A DNA stretch of 64,000 nucleotides from NCBI GenBank assembly GCA_017609285.1, contig JAFCEE010000003.1:11529-75528 (forward strand), written 5' to 3'. The DNA is from Candidatus Pacearchaeota archaeon. Lineage in GTDB: Archaea; Nanobdellota; Nanobdellia; Pacearchaeales; GW2011-AR1. Below the pieces are notes generated by a model that made no database searches, was not told the origin of the DNA, and saw nothing but the letters and a program-made list of their open reading frames with translations. The position numbers and the translations under genes are program-made. Positions 1 to 9,092 of this stretch are shown here, in pieces; position 1 is the stretch's first letter; every line of letters starts with the position of its first letter.

Positions 1-415
1 GTCCAGAAGCAACCCCGCCTGTATCGGCAACAATAGAACCTTCTGGTCTTAATCGGGAGAATGAAAAGCCTGTACCGCCACCTGATTTTTGGATTAAGGC
101 CATATTTTTTACAGCTTGAAAAATCCCAGCAAGGTCATCAGGGATAGGCAAGACAAAACAAGCAGCTAGTTGTTGTAATGGCCTGCCTGCATTAGCTAAA
201 GTAGGAATATTAGGCAAAAACTCTAAATTTGACATAACATCAAAAAACTCTTTCTCACTTTTATTTGAGTTTTCCCCATATTTTTTGTCAATAAAAGCAA
301 TATTTTTAGCTACTCTCCTAAACATCTGTTCAGGAGTTTCAATAATTTTACCTTTTTTGTTTTTAGCTAGAAACCTTTTCAGAACTATTTTTGCGTTTTT
401 AGTTAACTTTAACAT
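1..415 (-). CDS. nrdJ: Class II (B12-dependent) ribonucleotide reductase, N-terminal fragment running off the window edge
   Basis: Own minus-strand translation from the ATG at 415: MLKLTKNAKIVLKRFLAKNKKGKIIETPEQMFRRVAKNIA...LAACFVLPIPDDLAGIFQAVKNMALIQKSGGGTGFSFSRLRPEGS. The ACFVLP...GGGTGFxFSxLRP block is typical of NrdJ. It is absent from the ORF track because it is truncated. Confidence 0.8.
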   Translation of the reverse strand, partial: MLKLTKNAKIVLKRFLAKNKKGKIIETPEQMFRRVAKNIAFIDKKYGENSNKSEKEFFDVMSNLEFLPNIPTLANAGRPLQQLAACFVLPIPDDLAGIFQAVKNMALIQKSGGGTGFSFSRLRPEGSIVADTGGVASG

Positions 416-476
416 TTTCCTCTTTTTTATTTAAAAAGAGAAAAGTTTTTATAAATCTTACTTCTTTAGAGGAAAA

Positions 477-683
477 ATGGCAGAATGTAAGCAAAAAGAA
501 AATTTGAAAAAGTGTAATTGTAGTTGGCCAGGTTGCGAAAGGAAAGGAGTTTGTTGTGAGTGTATAGCTTATCATTTATCGAGGAGAGAATTGCCAGCCT
601 GTTGTTTTCCAGATAGCGAGGAGAAAAGCTATGACAGGAGTTTTGAGAACTTCGCGAGATTGGTGAGGGAGGCGAAGATATAG
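477..683 (+). CDS. Small Cys-rich protein (9 Cys in 68 aa), function unknown
   Basis: ORF track. Pattern [21 protein letters not shown]...LPACCF. A TATA-like aaaagtttttataaatc lies about 30 nt upstream. Confidence 0.5.
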   Translation: MAECKQKENLKKCNCSWPGCERKGVCCECIAYHLSRRELPACCFPDSEEKSYDRSFENFARLVREAKI

Positions 684-885
684 CCCATAATATATATTCT
701 AAAATATATACTAAAAAACATATAACTGAAAATAGATATTACGCTATATAATTCCTAATAACATTAAAAGACCAACAATAAACAAGATAAACCAGCTACA
801 ATATTTTTGTAAAAATTATCCCTTATCTAAAACAATTTGCTCGATTTTCCTTTCACTAACCTAACAGTTAGTATAATTACATAAT

Positions 886-2409
886 CTATACCCAACCCAA
901 AACCATTGCTATACCTAAAAAAAACATTATAATTCCTGCGACTAAATGTAAGTATTTAATGTTTTTTTCTTTCCATCCAGAAACATCTTCAACTTTTGCA
1001 AAACCAGCATATACAATTAAAGTTATTCCCAACATTGGCAAAACAAAAATTATATTGTAGAGGAGTAGAGGAGGTATTGTTTTAATTAATTCTAAAGATG
1101 ATAATATTCCAGAAGCAATGACATAAGGTCCTATAGTACAAGGCAAAAGAAAGACAGTTACAAAAATACCGACAAAAAAAGCTCCTCTCGGACTAGTAAC
1201 TCCAGAAATTAATTTTTTAACTTTTGGCCTCATGCTTAAAGGCATTTCTGTTGCAAATCCACCAGGTTTATATCTTACAAAATCCCTAATATTGAGAGAA
1301 CCTAAAATAATGGCAGCAAAACCTAGAATTTTATAAAGCCACAATCTTATAGAAGTTAAAGCTTGAACAAGCTGAAAAAATCTGATAATTACTAAACCAT
1401 AAATTAAATACATAATAAATACTGATGTTGTAAAAGCAAGTCCTGCTAATAAAATGTTTCTTTTCTTTTTTGGATTATACGTTAAAATTGCAATTAACAT
1501 TAAGGTTAAAACAGCAAGTGCACAAGGATTTACAGCATCTACAGCAGCCAAAGAAACAATTTTCGCAAGTGTGAGTGATTCTTTCATCCCAACTTGACAT
1601 TCTGCAATTTCAGTATAAGCAATACACTGGTAATTTGTTTCCTTACCACACTTATAATTTGTTCTTGTTTTTGTACCATTTATACACTCACTCCATTCAC
1701 TAGGATTTGGACAAGAAGGACATTTGCTAGTTTCAATTGATTTTCCATTCCACTGAAATAGCCAGCCTTTTAGTTGGATAGCGTTCTCAAAATAAATATT
1801 TTTTCCAGATAATGCTACTGGCGCTGGCTCTACAACTTTATAAGGAATTTCATCAATAGTATAGGAAAGATTAGTGGAAGTTAATAAATTTTTTAACAAC
1901 TCATTATTATTTCCGCCATTTGTTTTAATTAAAATCCTTTCATTTGACCATATCTTTGGTTTTCCGGGTAAGGTTGTAAGGTCAAGATTTTCAAATTTTT
2001 CAGAGGAATCAATTAACGGACAGGGATTTTTGTTTAGTTTAGTTATCTTATCTAAATTATTTAAAATCGGACGGTCGCCAATAATATAATTTTCTTTTCC
2101 TAAAATTACTAAGGGAATTCCAAAACCTGAGCCATATTTTTTATCATATTCTAAAAGCAAAGGTGCATTTTCTTGCTGCTGATAAATTTCATATTCTATT
2201 ATGACTAATTTAGGATTTTCTTTTAACAAATTTATTAATACGGGGTCTGTTTTTGCGCAATGAGGACAGCCAACTCCTGTAAAATAAACAATACAGGTTT
2301 TTTCTTCTGTAGTCTGGGCTGTTGAAAAAGACATGGAGAAAAATAAAAAAGTTACAACTGCTACTAAAATTAACATTCCCCTCAATAACACTCTTTTTTT
2401 ATTTTCCAT
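886..2409 (-). CDS. Membrane thiol:disulfide oxidoreductase: secreted thioredoxin-like domain plus Cys-rich linker plus CcdA/DsbD-type transmembrane domain
   Basis: N-terminal signal/TM, then FTGVGCPHCAKTDP (CxxC thioredoxin fold). The middle is Cys-rich (CPSCPNPSEWSECINGT...). The C-terminal multi-TM region contains AAVDAVNPCALAVL, typical of the CcdA/DsbD family. Confidence 0.7.
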   Translation of the reverse strand: MENKKRVLLRGMLILVAVVTFLFFSMSFSTAQTTEEKTCIVYFTGVGCPHCAKTDPVLINLLKENPKLVIIEYEIYQQQENAPLLLEYDKKYGSGFGIPLVILGKENYIIGDRPILNNLDKITKLNKNPCPLIDSSEKFENLDLTTLPGKPKIWSNERILIKTNGGNNNELLKNLLTSTNLSYTIDEIPYKVVEPAPVALSGKNIYFENAIQLKGWLFQWNGKSIETSKCPSCPNPSEWSECINGTKTRTNYKCGKETNYQCIAYTEIAECQVGMKESLTLAKIVSLAAVDAVNPCALAVLTLMLIAILTYNPKKKRNILLAGLAFTTSVFIMYLIYGLVIIRFFQLVQALTSIRLWLYKILGFAAIILGSLNIRDFVRYKPGGFATEMPLSMRPKVKKLISGVTSPRGAFFVGIFVTVFLLPCTIGPYVIASGILSSLELIKTIPPLLLYNIIFVLPMLGITLIVYAGFAKVEDVSGWKEKNIKYLHLVAGIIMFFLGIAMVLGWV

Positions 2410-2465
2410 ATTTTTATAGTGATGAAACCCTTTATAAATCTTAGTTTCAAAAAATGAAACCTTTC

Positions 2466-2942
2466 TTATTTTACAAAAAGATCTTTAATTTCCTCATTGA
2501 GAATAAGTTTATTTGTCATTCCGCTTTTTTCTTTTTTAATCAGTCCTTTTTCTTCCATCCTAGCAACTATTCTCGATATCTTTACTTTATTAGAACCAAG
2601 AATTTTTGTAAGTTTGCTTTGACTTAATTCTCCTTTATTTTCAATTAAACAAATTAGTACTTTTTTATCATCTTCATCTAAAATATCTAAAAATTTAAGC
2701 AAATTAGCTTCTATTTCTTTTTTTTCTTTTATAAAACTATTGCTTAGAATATAGTAAGTTGCTGAACCTACAAATAAGCCCAAAGAGGATATGGAGACAA
2801 TTATAACCCATAAAGGTAATTTGCATCCGCAAGTTGAAGAAAAATTTTCTGTCGTATAAAAGACAGTAAAAGATATTACAAAAATAAAAAAAGTTATGAT
2901 TCCAAAAATTAAGATGGCTGGTCTAAATTTGCTTTTTTCCAT
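2466..2942 (-). CDS. Membrane-anchored winged-helix (MarR/ArsR-like) regulator
   Basis: Two N-terminal hydrophobic helices, then a wHTH-like segment LSQSKLTKILGSNKVKISRIVARMEEKGLIKKEK. Confidence 0.5.
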   Translation of the reverse strand: MEKSKFRPAILIFGIITFFIFVISFTVFYTTENFSSTCGCKLPLWVIIVSISSLGLFVGSATYYILSNSFIKEKKEIEANLLKFLDILDEDDKKVLICLIENKGELSQSKLTKILGSNKVKISRIVARMEEKGLIKKEKSGMTNKLILNEEIKDLFVK

Positions 2943-2996
2943 TTTTCCTCTCTTTATAAAAATAGAGATTTGTTTAAAAATCTTGCTGAGAATTCT

Positions 2997-3899
2997 TTAC
3001 TTCATATTTTTTAGTTTTTCCAAACTTTTCTCTAAAATTTTTTCAAATAGAGGTTCAAATTTTTTATTATATTCTACAACTGGTTTTAAATTAACTAAAG
3101 CATTTACAAATTCTTTATTATAAGGAATTTTTCCGAGTAAAGGAATTTTATATTTTTTGGCAAAGATTTCAATTTTTTTACTGAACTCTTTATTAATATC
3201 ATATTTGTTTATAACAACCCCATATGGTATGCGGAAGTGCTCAACTGTTCTCAAAGCTCTTTTTAAATCTGAAAGGCCAGAAGGTGTTGGTTCTGTTATG
3301 GCAAGAATAAAATCAGAACCTTGTATAGAAGCAATAACAGGACAGCCGACTCCTGCTGCTGAATCAACTAAAATAATTTCAGCTTTTTGTTTTTTTCCTT
3401 CTTTCATAACTTTTTCTTTTATTAATGAAACTACCTTCCCACTTCCTGTTGCCCCTATTTTTAATTGTCCAGAAATTAAATTAAAATTATATTTTGTTTT
3501 GGCTGAACCAATTTTTCCGTTTTTAACTTTTATTAAGTTAACAGCTTTGGCAGGACAAACTAATTGACAAGAGCCACAACCTTCACATAACATTGAATTA
3601 AAAATAGGTTTATTCTTCTTTTTATCCCAAGATATAGCTGAGAAATTACAAACATCTAAACATTTTTTACATCCAATACATTTTTTTTCGTCAAGAACAG
3701 CTTTCTCGTTTGTTTCAACTTCTTTCCATGAAGAGAAATCTTTTTCTTTTAATCCTAAAGCCAAACCTAAATTTGGAGCATCGGCATCACAATCCGCTAC
3801 AATAATTTTTCTTTTCCTTGCTAACAAAACAGCTAAACTTGCTGTTAATGTAGTTTTTCCTGTACCTCCTTTTCCACTTAATATTGTTAAAGTTTTCAT
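2997..3899 (-). CDS. MinD/ParA-family P-loop ATPase with inserted 2x[4Fe-4S] ferredoxin domain (COG1149-type)
   Basis: Deviant Walker A SGKGGTGKTT. Cluster motifs CIGCKKCLDVC and CEGCGSCQLVCP. It overlaps the upstream paralog by 4 nt. Confidence 0.85.
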   Translation of the reverse strand: MKTLTILSGKGGTGKTTLTASLAVLLARKRKIIVADCDADAPNLGLALGLKEKDFSSWKEVETNEKAVLDEKKCIGCKKCLDVCNFSAISWDKKKNKPIFNSMLCEGCGSCQLVCPAKAVNLIKVKNGKIGSAKTKYNFNLISGQLKIGATGSGKVVSLIKEKVMKEGKKQKAEIILVDSAAGVGCPVIASIQGSDFILAITEPTPSGLSDLKRALRTVEHFRIPYGVVINKYDINKEFSKKIEIFAKKYKIPLLGKIPYNKEFVNALVNLKPVVEYNKKFEPLFEKILEKSLEKLKNMK

Positions 3900-4735
3900 T
3901 TTTCCAAATTTTCAGCTATTTTTTCTATGCTTTCATGTTTAATAGGCAAGCCTTTAGAATATGCTTTTAAAATTTTTTTAGAATAAGGAATTTCAGCTAT
4001 AATCTCAGCTTTGAATTTTTTAGCTATTTCCTGAATTAATTTTTTATCTCCTATATCTGCTCTATTCAAAATAATCTTACTAGGAATTTTTAATTTTTCT
4101 AAGAGCTGCAAAATTAATTTTAAGTCATGTTGCCCAAGAGGTGTTGGCTCTGTAATACAAAAAGCTGAATCAACTCCAGATAAAGCTGAAATAACATTAC
4201 AATGAGTTCCTGGAGAAGTGTCAATTAAAACAAAGTCATAATTTCGCTCTTTTTCTTTATTTTTTGCAAAATCTTTCAAAGCATTGACAACAGGTGATTC
4301 TTCTTCAACTCCAATTTCAGTTTCAGCTGAAAGAAAATCTAAATTTTTAATTTTTCCAGAATAAATTGTTCCTATCTTTTTTCTTGACTTTGAAATTGCT
4401 CCATAAGGACAAGAAATCATGCAAGCAGAACAACCAATGCATTGTTCAGGAATTAATATAGGATAATTTCCTTTAACAAAAACTATAGCATTTTCTCTGC
4501 ATACTTCTGAACATCTGCCGCATTTTTTACATTTTTTGAAATTAAATTTTGGAGTTGGTTGGTAAACATCTTTGATTTTTTCCCTTTTTATATTTAAAAT
4601 AAGATGGTCATTAGGACAGTCTACATCTGCATCTATAAGTGAGGTTTTTCCTTTTTTTGACAACTCTAAAGCAAGAGAAGTTGCAACTGTTGATTTACCT
4701 GTTCCTCCTTTCCCTCCTGTAATTGCTATTTTCAT
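3896..4735 (-). CDS. MinD/ParA-family P-loop ATPase with inserted 2x[4Fe-4S] ferredoxin domain (paralog)
   Basis: Walker A GGKGGTGKST. Cluster motifs CKKCGRCSEVC and CIGCSACMISCP. It overlaps the gdh-like gene by 4 nt. Confidence 0.85.
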   Translation of the reverse strand: MKIAITGGKGGTGKSTVATSLALELSKKGKTSLIDADVDCPNDHLILNIKREKIKDVYQPTPKFNFKKCKKCGRCSEVCRENAIVFVKGNYPILIPEQCIGCSACMISCPYGAISKSRKKIGTIYSGKIKNLDFLSAETEIGVEEESPVVNALKDFAKNKEKERNYDFVLIDTSPGTHCNVISALSGVDSAFCITEPTPLGQHDLKLILQLLEKLKIPSKIILNRADIGDKKLIQEIAKKFKAEIIAEIPYSKKILKAYSKGLPIKHESIEKIAENLEK

Positions 4736-5814
4736 TCTAATCTTTCTTTAGCTATTTTTAAAGCAGCTTGTCTTGGCGTTATATTTTCTTTTCCACTTTT
4801 CTCTAAAACTAATTTTGTATTTTCACTTATTTTTTTTCTTATTAACTCAAACACTTCTTTTTCAGTTCCTCCGATATACTCGACATAAGAAGAAATTACA
4901 CCTCCTGCATTACATAAAAAATCAGGAATTACTAAAATCTCTTTTTTGTATAATTTTTCTTCTAGTTCAGGGGTTGTTGGTATATTGGCTGCTTCAGCAA
5001 TTAGTTTAGCTTTTATTTTATCAACATTTTCTTTTGTAATAACATTTGGTCTTGCCCCAGGAATTAAAATATCAATATCTAATTCAAATAATTTCTCATT
5101 TGCTAAAAATTTTCCTGGTCTGTAATTAATTACACTTCCTGTTTTTCTCTTTATCTCTTGTAATTTTTCATAATCTAAACCACTTTCATTATAAATACAA
5201 CCCTTAGAATCTGAAATTGCTATTATCTTAACCCCCAATTCTAATAAAAATTTACAAACAGCCTTGCCTACCTCACCAAATCCCTCTATTGCTACTGTTG
5301 CATTTTTTAAATCTAAATTAATATAATCAGCAGCAACTTTAATTGACTCAACAACCCCAAAACCAGTGCTTCCAAGTTCATGAGGAATTCCTCCTTTTTC
5401 TTTTGACTTGCCAGTACATGCTTTTTTATTGCCTATTTCGTCAGCAAAATTATCCATATCTTTACTGTCAGTATACATATCAGGAGCAGAAATATATTCA
5501 GTTGGGACAAGTGATTTCAAGGCTCGAGCATATGCCCTTACGATTTCTTCTTTTTTTTCAGGAGAAAGCAATTTTGCATCTGCTATTATTCCGCCTTTTG
5601 CTCCTCCAAAAGGCAAATCTATAAGAGCTGTTTTATAAGTCATTGCTCTTGCTAATCTTGAAACTTCTTCTATACTTACATCAGGAGTCATTCTTATGCC
5701 GCCTTTTCCAGGCCCTCTTTTAGTATTGTCAATAACTAAAATTCCTTTCATTCCTGTTTTAGGGTCATAAACTTGTATGATTTTTTCAGGACCTATCTCA
5801 TCATATTTTACCAT
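4732..5814 (-). CDS. gdh: Glu/Leu/Phe/Val dehydrogenase family enzyme (short glutamate dehydrogenase-like)
   Basis: GPGKGGIRMTPDVSIEEVSRLARAMTYKTALIDLPFGGAKGGIIAD, the catalytic K-region of the GDH family. C-terminal Rossmann segment VAIEGFGEVGK. Confidence 0.8.
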   Translation of the reverse strand: MVKYDEIGPEKIIQVYDPKTGMKGILVIDNTKRGPGKGGIRMTPDVSIEEVSRLARAMTYKTALIDLPFGGAKGGIIADAKLLSPEKKEEIVRAYARALKSLVPTEYISAPDMYTDSKDMDNFADEIGNKKACTGKSKEKGGIPHELGSTGFGVVESIKVAADYINLDLKNATVAIEGFGEVGKAVCKFLLELGVKIIAISDSKGCIYNESGLDYEKLQEIKRKTGSVINYRPGKFLANEKLFELDIDILIPGARPNVITKENVDKIKAKLIAEAANIPTTPELEEKLYKKEILVIPDFLCNAGGVISSYVEYIGGTEKEVFELIRKKISENTKLVLEKSGKENITPRQAALKIAKERLE

Positions 5815-6087
5815 TTTTTATTTTTACTTATTGATTTTATTGTGCTTCTAATAATTTTTCTAAATAATTTCTATGAAAATAAACTGTTTCCCAATGTCAA
5901 TCTTTTTCATAAGTTAATAATATTGGATTTACAGTAGGTTCGCCATAGTTTGGGTCTTCACCTAAACACTTTAAACAAGGCAAACCAATATCTTCTTTAT
6001 AGTGGGGTTCAATTTCTCCTGCCTTTATTTTTTCAATTAAACCAGCAATTTTCTAGCATTTTCCTTTAATTTATTATTTTCTGGTCT

Positions 6088-6465
6088 TTACTGCTTGCCC
6101 ATAAACATTGGGCCAGTTGCTTGCTCTATTTTTTTTAATTTTCCCTGCATAAATTTTTCTATCACACCCCTCACTTTACCTTGCCCTTGATAAATTTCTA
6201 TTCCAAGCTGATTTAAAACTTGAAAAGCTCTTGGTCCTAAATTGGTTGTTATAACTACATTAACTTTTTCATTTGCAACTAATTGCGAGGCTGTAATGCC
6301 AGCGCCCCCAAATTGCCCAGCTGCTGTATTCTCTATTGCTTTTACACTTTTTATCTTCTTCTCTTTTTCATCTATTTCTACAATTAAAAAATATCTGCAT
6401 CTTCCAAATCTCGCGTCTATCTCATCATTTATAGTTTTTCCTGTCGAGCTTATAGCTATTTTCAT
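6088..6465 (-). CDS. NifB/NifX-like 'dinitrogenase FeMo-cofactor biosynthesis' family protein (COG1433-type)
   Basis: MKIAISS...DARFGRCRYFLIVEID...AGQFGGAGITASQLVANEKVNVVITTNLGPRAFQVLNQLGIEIY matches the family pattern FGxaxxFxi...GxGxxaaxxL...vxxvixxxxGxxaxxxLxxxGI. Confidence 0.8.
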   Translation of the reverse strand: MKIAISSTGKTINDEIDARFGRCRYFLIVEIDEKEKKIKSVKAIENTAAGQFGGAGITASQLVANEKVNVVITTNLGPRAFQVLNQLGIEIYQGQGKVRGVIEKFMQGKLKKIEQATGPMFMGKQ

Positions 6466-6482
6466 TTTTCTTTTTTACCTCC

Positions 6483-6851
6483 TTACAATTTTTTACTTTT
6501 CCTATTTCTACTCCTATCTGGCCAAATCGAGCCATCTGAACCATAAAAATGTTCAATTAGCCATTGATCATAACTTTTTCCTAAAACCTCGACTGGCTGA
6601 CCTAAAAATTCTTCAACTAGTCTGTTATTTTCCAACAAATGGGTTTCATTTGCTTTCTTAAATTTTAAGTAATTATAAGCTTGCAAAATCAACTGGAATT
6701 TTTCGGGATTCTCTTTGCTCACATCAGGATGATATTTTTTAACCCTTTGTCTAAATACGTATTTTATTTTTTCTGGCTCTATTTCTGCTTTCTCAACTAA
6801 ACCTAAGATAAGTTTTGCTCTTTCTTCTAAGCCTTCCTCTTTAGTTTTCAT
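6483..6851 (-). CDS. J-domain (DnaJ-like) protein
   Basis: KKYHPDVSKENPEKFQLILQAYNYL contains the HPD motif. The probable start is the internal ATG at 6851, 2 nt after the upstream stop codon; the ORF track extends to 6884. Confidence 0.7.
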   Translation of the reverse strand: MKTKEEGLEERAKLILGLVEKAEIEPEKIKYVFRQRVKKYHPDVSKENPEKFQLILQAYNYLKFKKANETHLLENNRLVEEFLGQPVEVLGKSYDQWLIEHFYGSDGSIWPDRSRNRKSKKL

Positions 6852-6853
6852 CT

Positions 6854-7363
6854 TTATCTCTCTCTTATCATAGGAGAGCCACATTTAGGACATTTTTGTT
6901 GGTAGCAAGGTACACCCACTATGTGCTCTTCCCTATAACCGCATTTCGGGCATACACAATAACCGCCAGGTCCAGCAGCAAAACCACCCATTCTCCCTCT
7001 TCCGCCGCCTCTGCCCATTCCTCTACCAACTCCTCTCCCTTGACCTCTTCCAAAACCTCTTCCTACAGGTTGCGCCATTTGAAATACACCTCCTTGTATT
7101 CTTATTGCTTGACCATTAATTAAAGCTAAAGCAATTTTTTTTCTTGCTGAATTCAATAAACGAGATAATGTTGGCTGGCTTATCTTCATTTGTTTAGCTG
7201 CTTTTTTTTGTTCTATCTCTTCTAAATCAATTAATCTTATAGCTTCTAATTCTTCAAATGTTAATATTGTTTCATTTAAAGCTGTTGCTGATACTCCTCT
7301 TGGTTTGAAGAATGTAATTGAGGGTTGAAAAAATATTCTTCTTATTTTTCTATGTCGAGGCAT
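6854..7363 (-). CDS. DUF134-type DNA-binding protein fused to a Gly/Arg-rich linker and a C-terminal 4-Cys zinc ribbon
   Basis: N-terminus MPRHRKIRRIFFQPSITFFKPRGV...LTFEELEAIRLIDLEEIEQKKAAKQMKISQPTLSRLLNSARKKIA (DUF134/sigma-70-region-4-like HTH). Linker GRGFGRGQGRGVGRGMGRGGGRGR. Tail GPGGYCVCPKCGYREEHIVGVPCYQQKCPKCG. Confidence 0.8.
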   Translation of the reverse strand: MPRHRKIRRIFFQPSITFFKPRGVSATALNETILTFEELEAIRLIDLEEIEQKKAAKQMKISQPTLSRLLNSARKKIALALINGQAIRIQGGVFQMAQPVGRGFGRGQGRGVGRGMGRGGGRGRMGGFAAGPGGYCVCPKCGYREEHIVGVPCYQQKCPKCGSPMIRER

Positions 7364-7369
7364 TTTAAT

Positions 7370-8443
7370 TTAAAATTCTCTTTTCAAAAGCAAACCACAT
7401 TTAGGACATTTTAAAGTCGAGCAAGGAATGCCCCTTTTATGCATAATTTTGTAGCCGCACTTTGGACAGACACAATAACCACCAGGTCCTAATCCTCTTG
7501 CCCCCTTTACTTTATTCTTAAATCTGCCTTTTCTCTGCCATCCAAATCCTCTTCCTAACCTTAAACCAGTAGCAGATTCTAAAGGTTTAAAGTAGCCAGA
7601 AGTTAAGTCATGGCTTTCAATTTGTATTGCTACATATTCTAATCTTTCTATCTTCTCGATTAACTTTTCTTTTAATTTATTTGAGATCGATGTAGCTTTT
7701 TCCACACTCAAGTTGCTTGGCAATTTTATTTTCAGATTGGCTGTTATAGCAGAACCTTTTTTCTGTGTTTTTAATTCTTCTAATTCTATGTTCTGCTCTT
7801 TAACAAGTTGTTTAATCTTATTCTCAATTTCTTCCCCTGCTGAAACATCAAGTAAAGAGTCGGTTGCTTCTTTTCCAAGAGAAAAGCTCTCTTTAATTAT
7901 ATAAAGGCCAATTAATAAAGTCAATAAAGGATCAGTATAAATCCAGTATCGAGTTAAAATTAAACCAATAAATACTACGAGAGAAGCATAAACATCCACT
8001 CTGCTATGAACACCATCAGACAACAATGCAACAGAATTTTCTTTTTTTCCATAATATATTTTTAACCTTGCCATTACCTCATTAATTAAAGCTGAAAAAA
8101 GCATAATTCCTAAAGCAAAATAGCTTAATTTTAGGATTTTAGGACTTAAAAAGTTTTGATAAGCTTCGTAAATAATCCATAATCCAGTTGCAAATAAAAT
8201 TATAGTTATAATTAATCCCGCAAGAACTTCAAACTTGTAATGTCCGTAAGGATGTTTTTTGTCTACAGGTTTTTTTGAAATCTTTATGCCTATAAAACTT
8301 ATTGCTGAAGACAATATATCCACACTTGAATGAATACCCTCTGCTAAAACAACTAAGTAGCCAGACATAATTCCAATTACAACTTTACCTATTGCTAAAA
8401 TTAAATTAGCTATCACTCCAAAAAAAGCTATTTTTTCTTTCAT
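7370..8443 (-). CDS. Cation diffusion facilitator (CDF) metal efflux transporter with an appended C-terminal zinc ribbon
   Basis: Six-TM CDF core with HSSVDILSS and HPYGHYKFEVLAG, then a cytoplasmic domain. This is followed by GRGFGWQRKGR...GPGGYCVCPKCGYKIMHKRGIPCSTLKCPKCG, homologous to the tail of the neighbouring DUF134 protein. Confidence 0.85.
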   Translation of the reverse strand: MKEKIAFFGVIANLILAIGKVVIGIMSGYLVVLAEGIHSSVDILSSAISFIGIKISKKPVDKKHPYGHYKFEVLAGLIITIILFATGLWIIYEAYQNFLSPKILKLSYFALGIMLFSALINEVMARLKIYYGKKENSVALLSDGVHSRVDVYASLVVFIGLILTRYWIYTDPLLTLLIGLYIIKESFSLGKEATDSLLDVSAGEEIENKIKQLVKEQNIELEELKTQKKGSAITANLKIKLPSNLSVEKATSISNKLKEKLIEKIERLEYVAIQIESHDLTSGYFKPLESATGLRLGRGFGWQRKGRFKNKVKGARGLGPGGYCVCPKCGYKIMHKRGIPCSTLKCPKCGLLLKREF

Positions 8444-8511
8444 TTGTCCCTTTTCATATAATATTAATTTTCTACTTTTAATCTTTTTGGTTTAATTGCT
8501 ACTATTTTTTG

Positions 8512-8646
8512 TCATGCCTTACTGCTTTTTGATACTTTTGTCCATATTAATTTCACTTTTCCGTCTTTCATAGTTATAGCTCCAGCTTAACAATTCCTAA
8601 CACAAATTCCACAACCTATACATCTTTCTTTATCTATCCACGGCAT
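8512..8646 (-). pseudogene. Degraded small 4Fe-4S ferredoxin-type gene with an in-frame TAA
   Basis: Own translation: MPWIDKERCIGCGICVRNC*AGAITMKDGKVKLIWTKVSKSSKA*. The first CxxCxxCxxxC motif is intact up to the position where CP is expected. The stop lies at 8587-8589 and the second cluster motif is absent. The ATG at 8646 is 2 nt after the DUF5320 stop codon. Confidence 0.5.
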
Positions 8647-8648
8647 TT

Positions 8649-9050
8649 TTACTTTAACTCTTTCAATCTTTTTTCTATTTCTTCTAATTCCTGTTTCAAA
8701 ATTTCCATTTCTTGCTTTATTGCTTCTTTGTCTTGCTTGAGTAAAGTTTTTTCGTCTTTTGCTGTTAATTGTTGAACTGGTTGTATTTGTGCTGTTGGTT
8801 GCGCATATGGATTAATTACTGGAACTACTTGTTGGGGCATAACTGCTGATTGAGGCATTATAGGAATTCTAGCTCTCCATCTAAAACCTCTTCCAAAACC
8901 TCTTCCCATGCCTCTTCTCCAAGCCATTCCTAAGCCATAACCAAACCCAGGATTCATAAATCCAGGCACATTAAAACCTGCACAATACCCCATCGCTCTT
9001 CCAGTCATTGGTCCCTGTCCTGAAGGACCTGTTCCATCTCCTCTTGGCAT
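8649..9050 (-). CDS. DUF5320-family protein (Gly/Arg-rich N-terminus, C-terminal coiled coil)
   Basis: N-terminus MPRGDGTGPSGQGPMTGRAMGYCAG is the hallmark of DUF5320. GRGFGRGFRW repeat. C-terminal heptad-like KQEMEILKQELEEIEKRLKELK. Confidence 0.75.
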   Translation of the reverse strand: MPRGDGTGPSGQGPMTGRAMGYCAGFNVPGFMNPGFGYGLGMAWRRGMGRGFGRGFRWRARIPIMPQSAVMPQQVVPVINPYAQPTAQIQPVQQLTAKDEKTLLKQDKEAIKQEMEILKQELEEIEKRLKELK

Positions 9051-9092
9051 TTTAACCCCCCGCCTTAAAAGGCATTTTATTTTAATAATTTT

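Noticed and set aside
3157-3567. Other antisense or shadow ORFs in the track (e.g. 3157-3567, 6242-6661, 14040-14432, 25377-25796, 34805-35179, 61032-61502, 44499-44828, 22658-22948)
   Set aside because: Each is nested opposite a gene with clear family motifs, and none shows a recognisable motif of its own.
5880-6060. Minus-strand reading frame ...KIAGLIEKIKAGEIEPHYKEDIGLPCLKCLGEDPNYGEPTVNPILLTYEKD* between the gdh-like and nifX-like genes
   Set aside because: It has no in-frame ATG: a TAG immediately precedes it, and the nearby ATG is in another frame. It may be a decayed small gene needing a frameshift. I cannot assign a family, so it is not reported as a feature.
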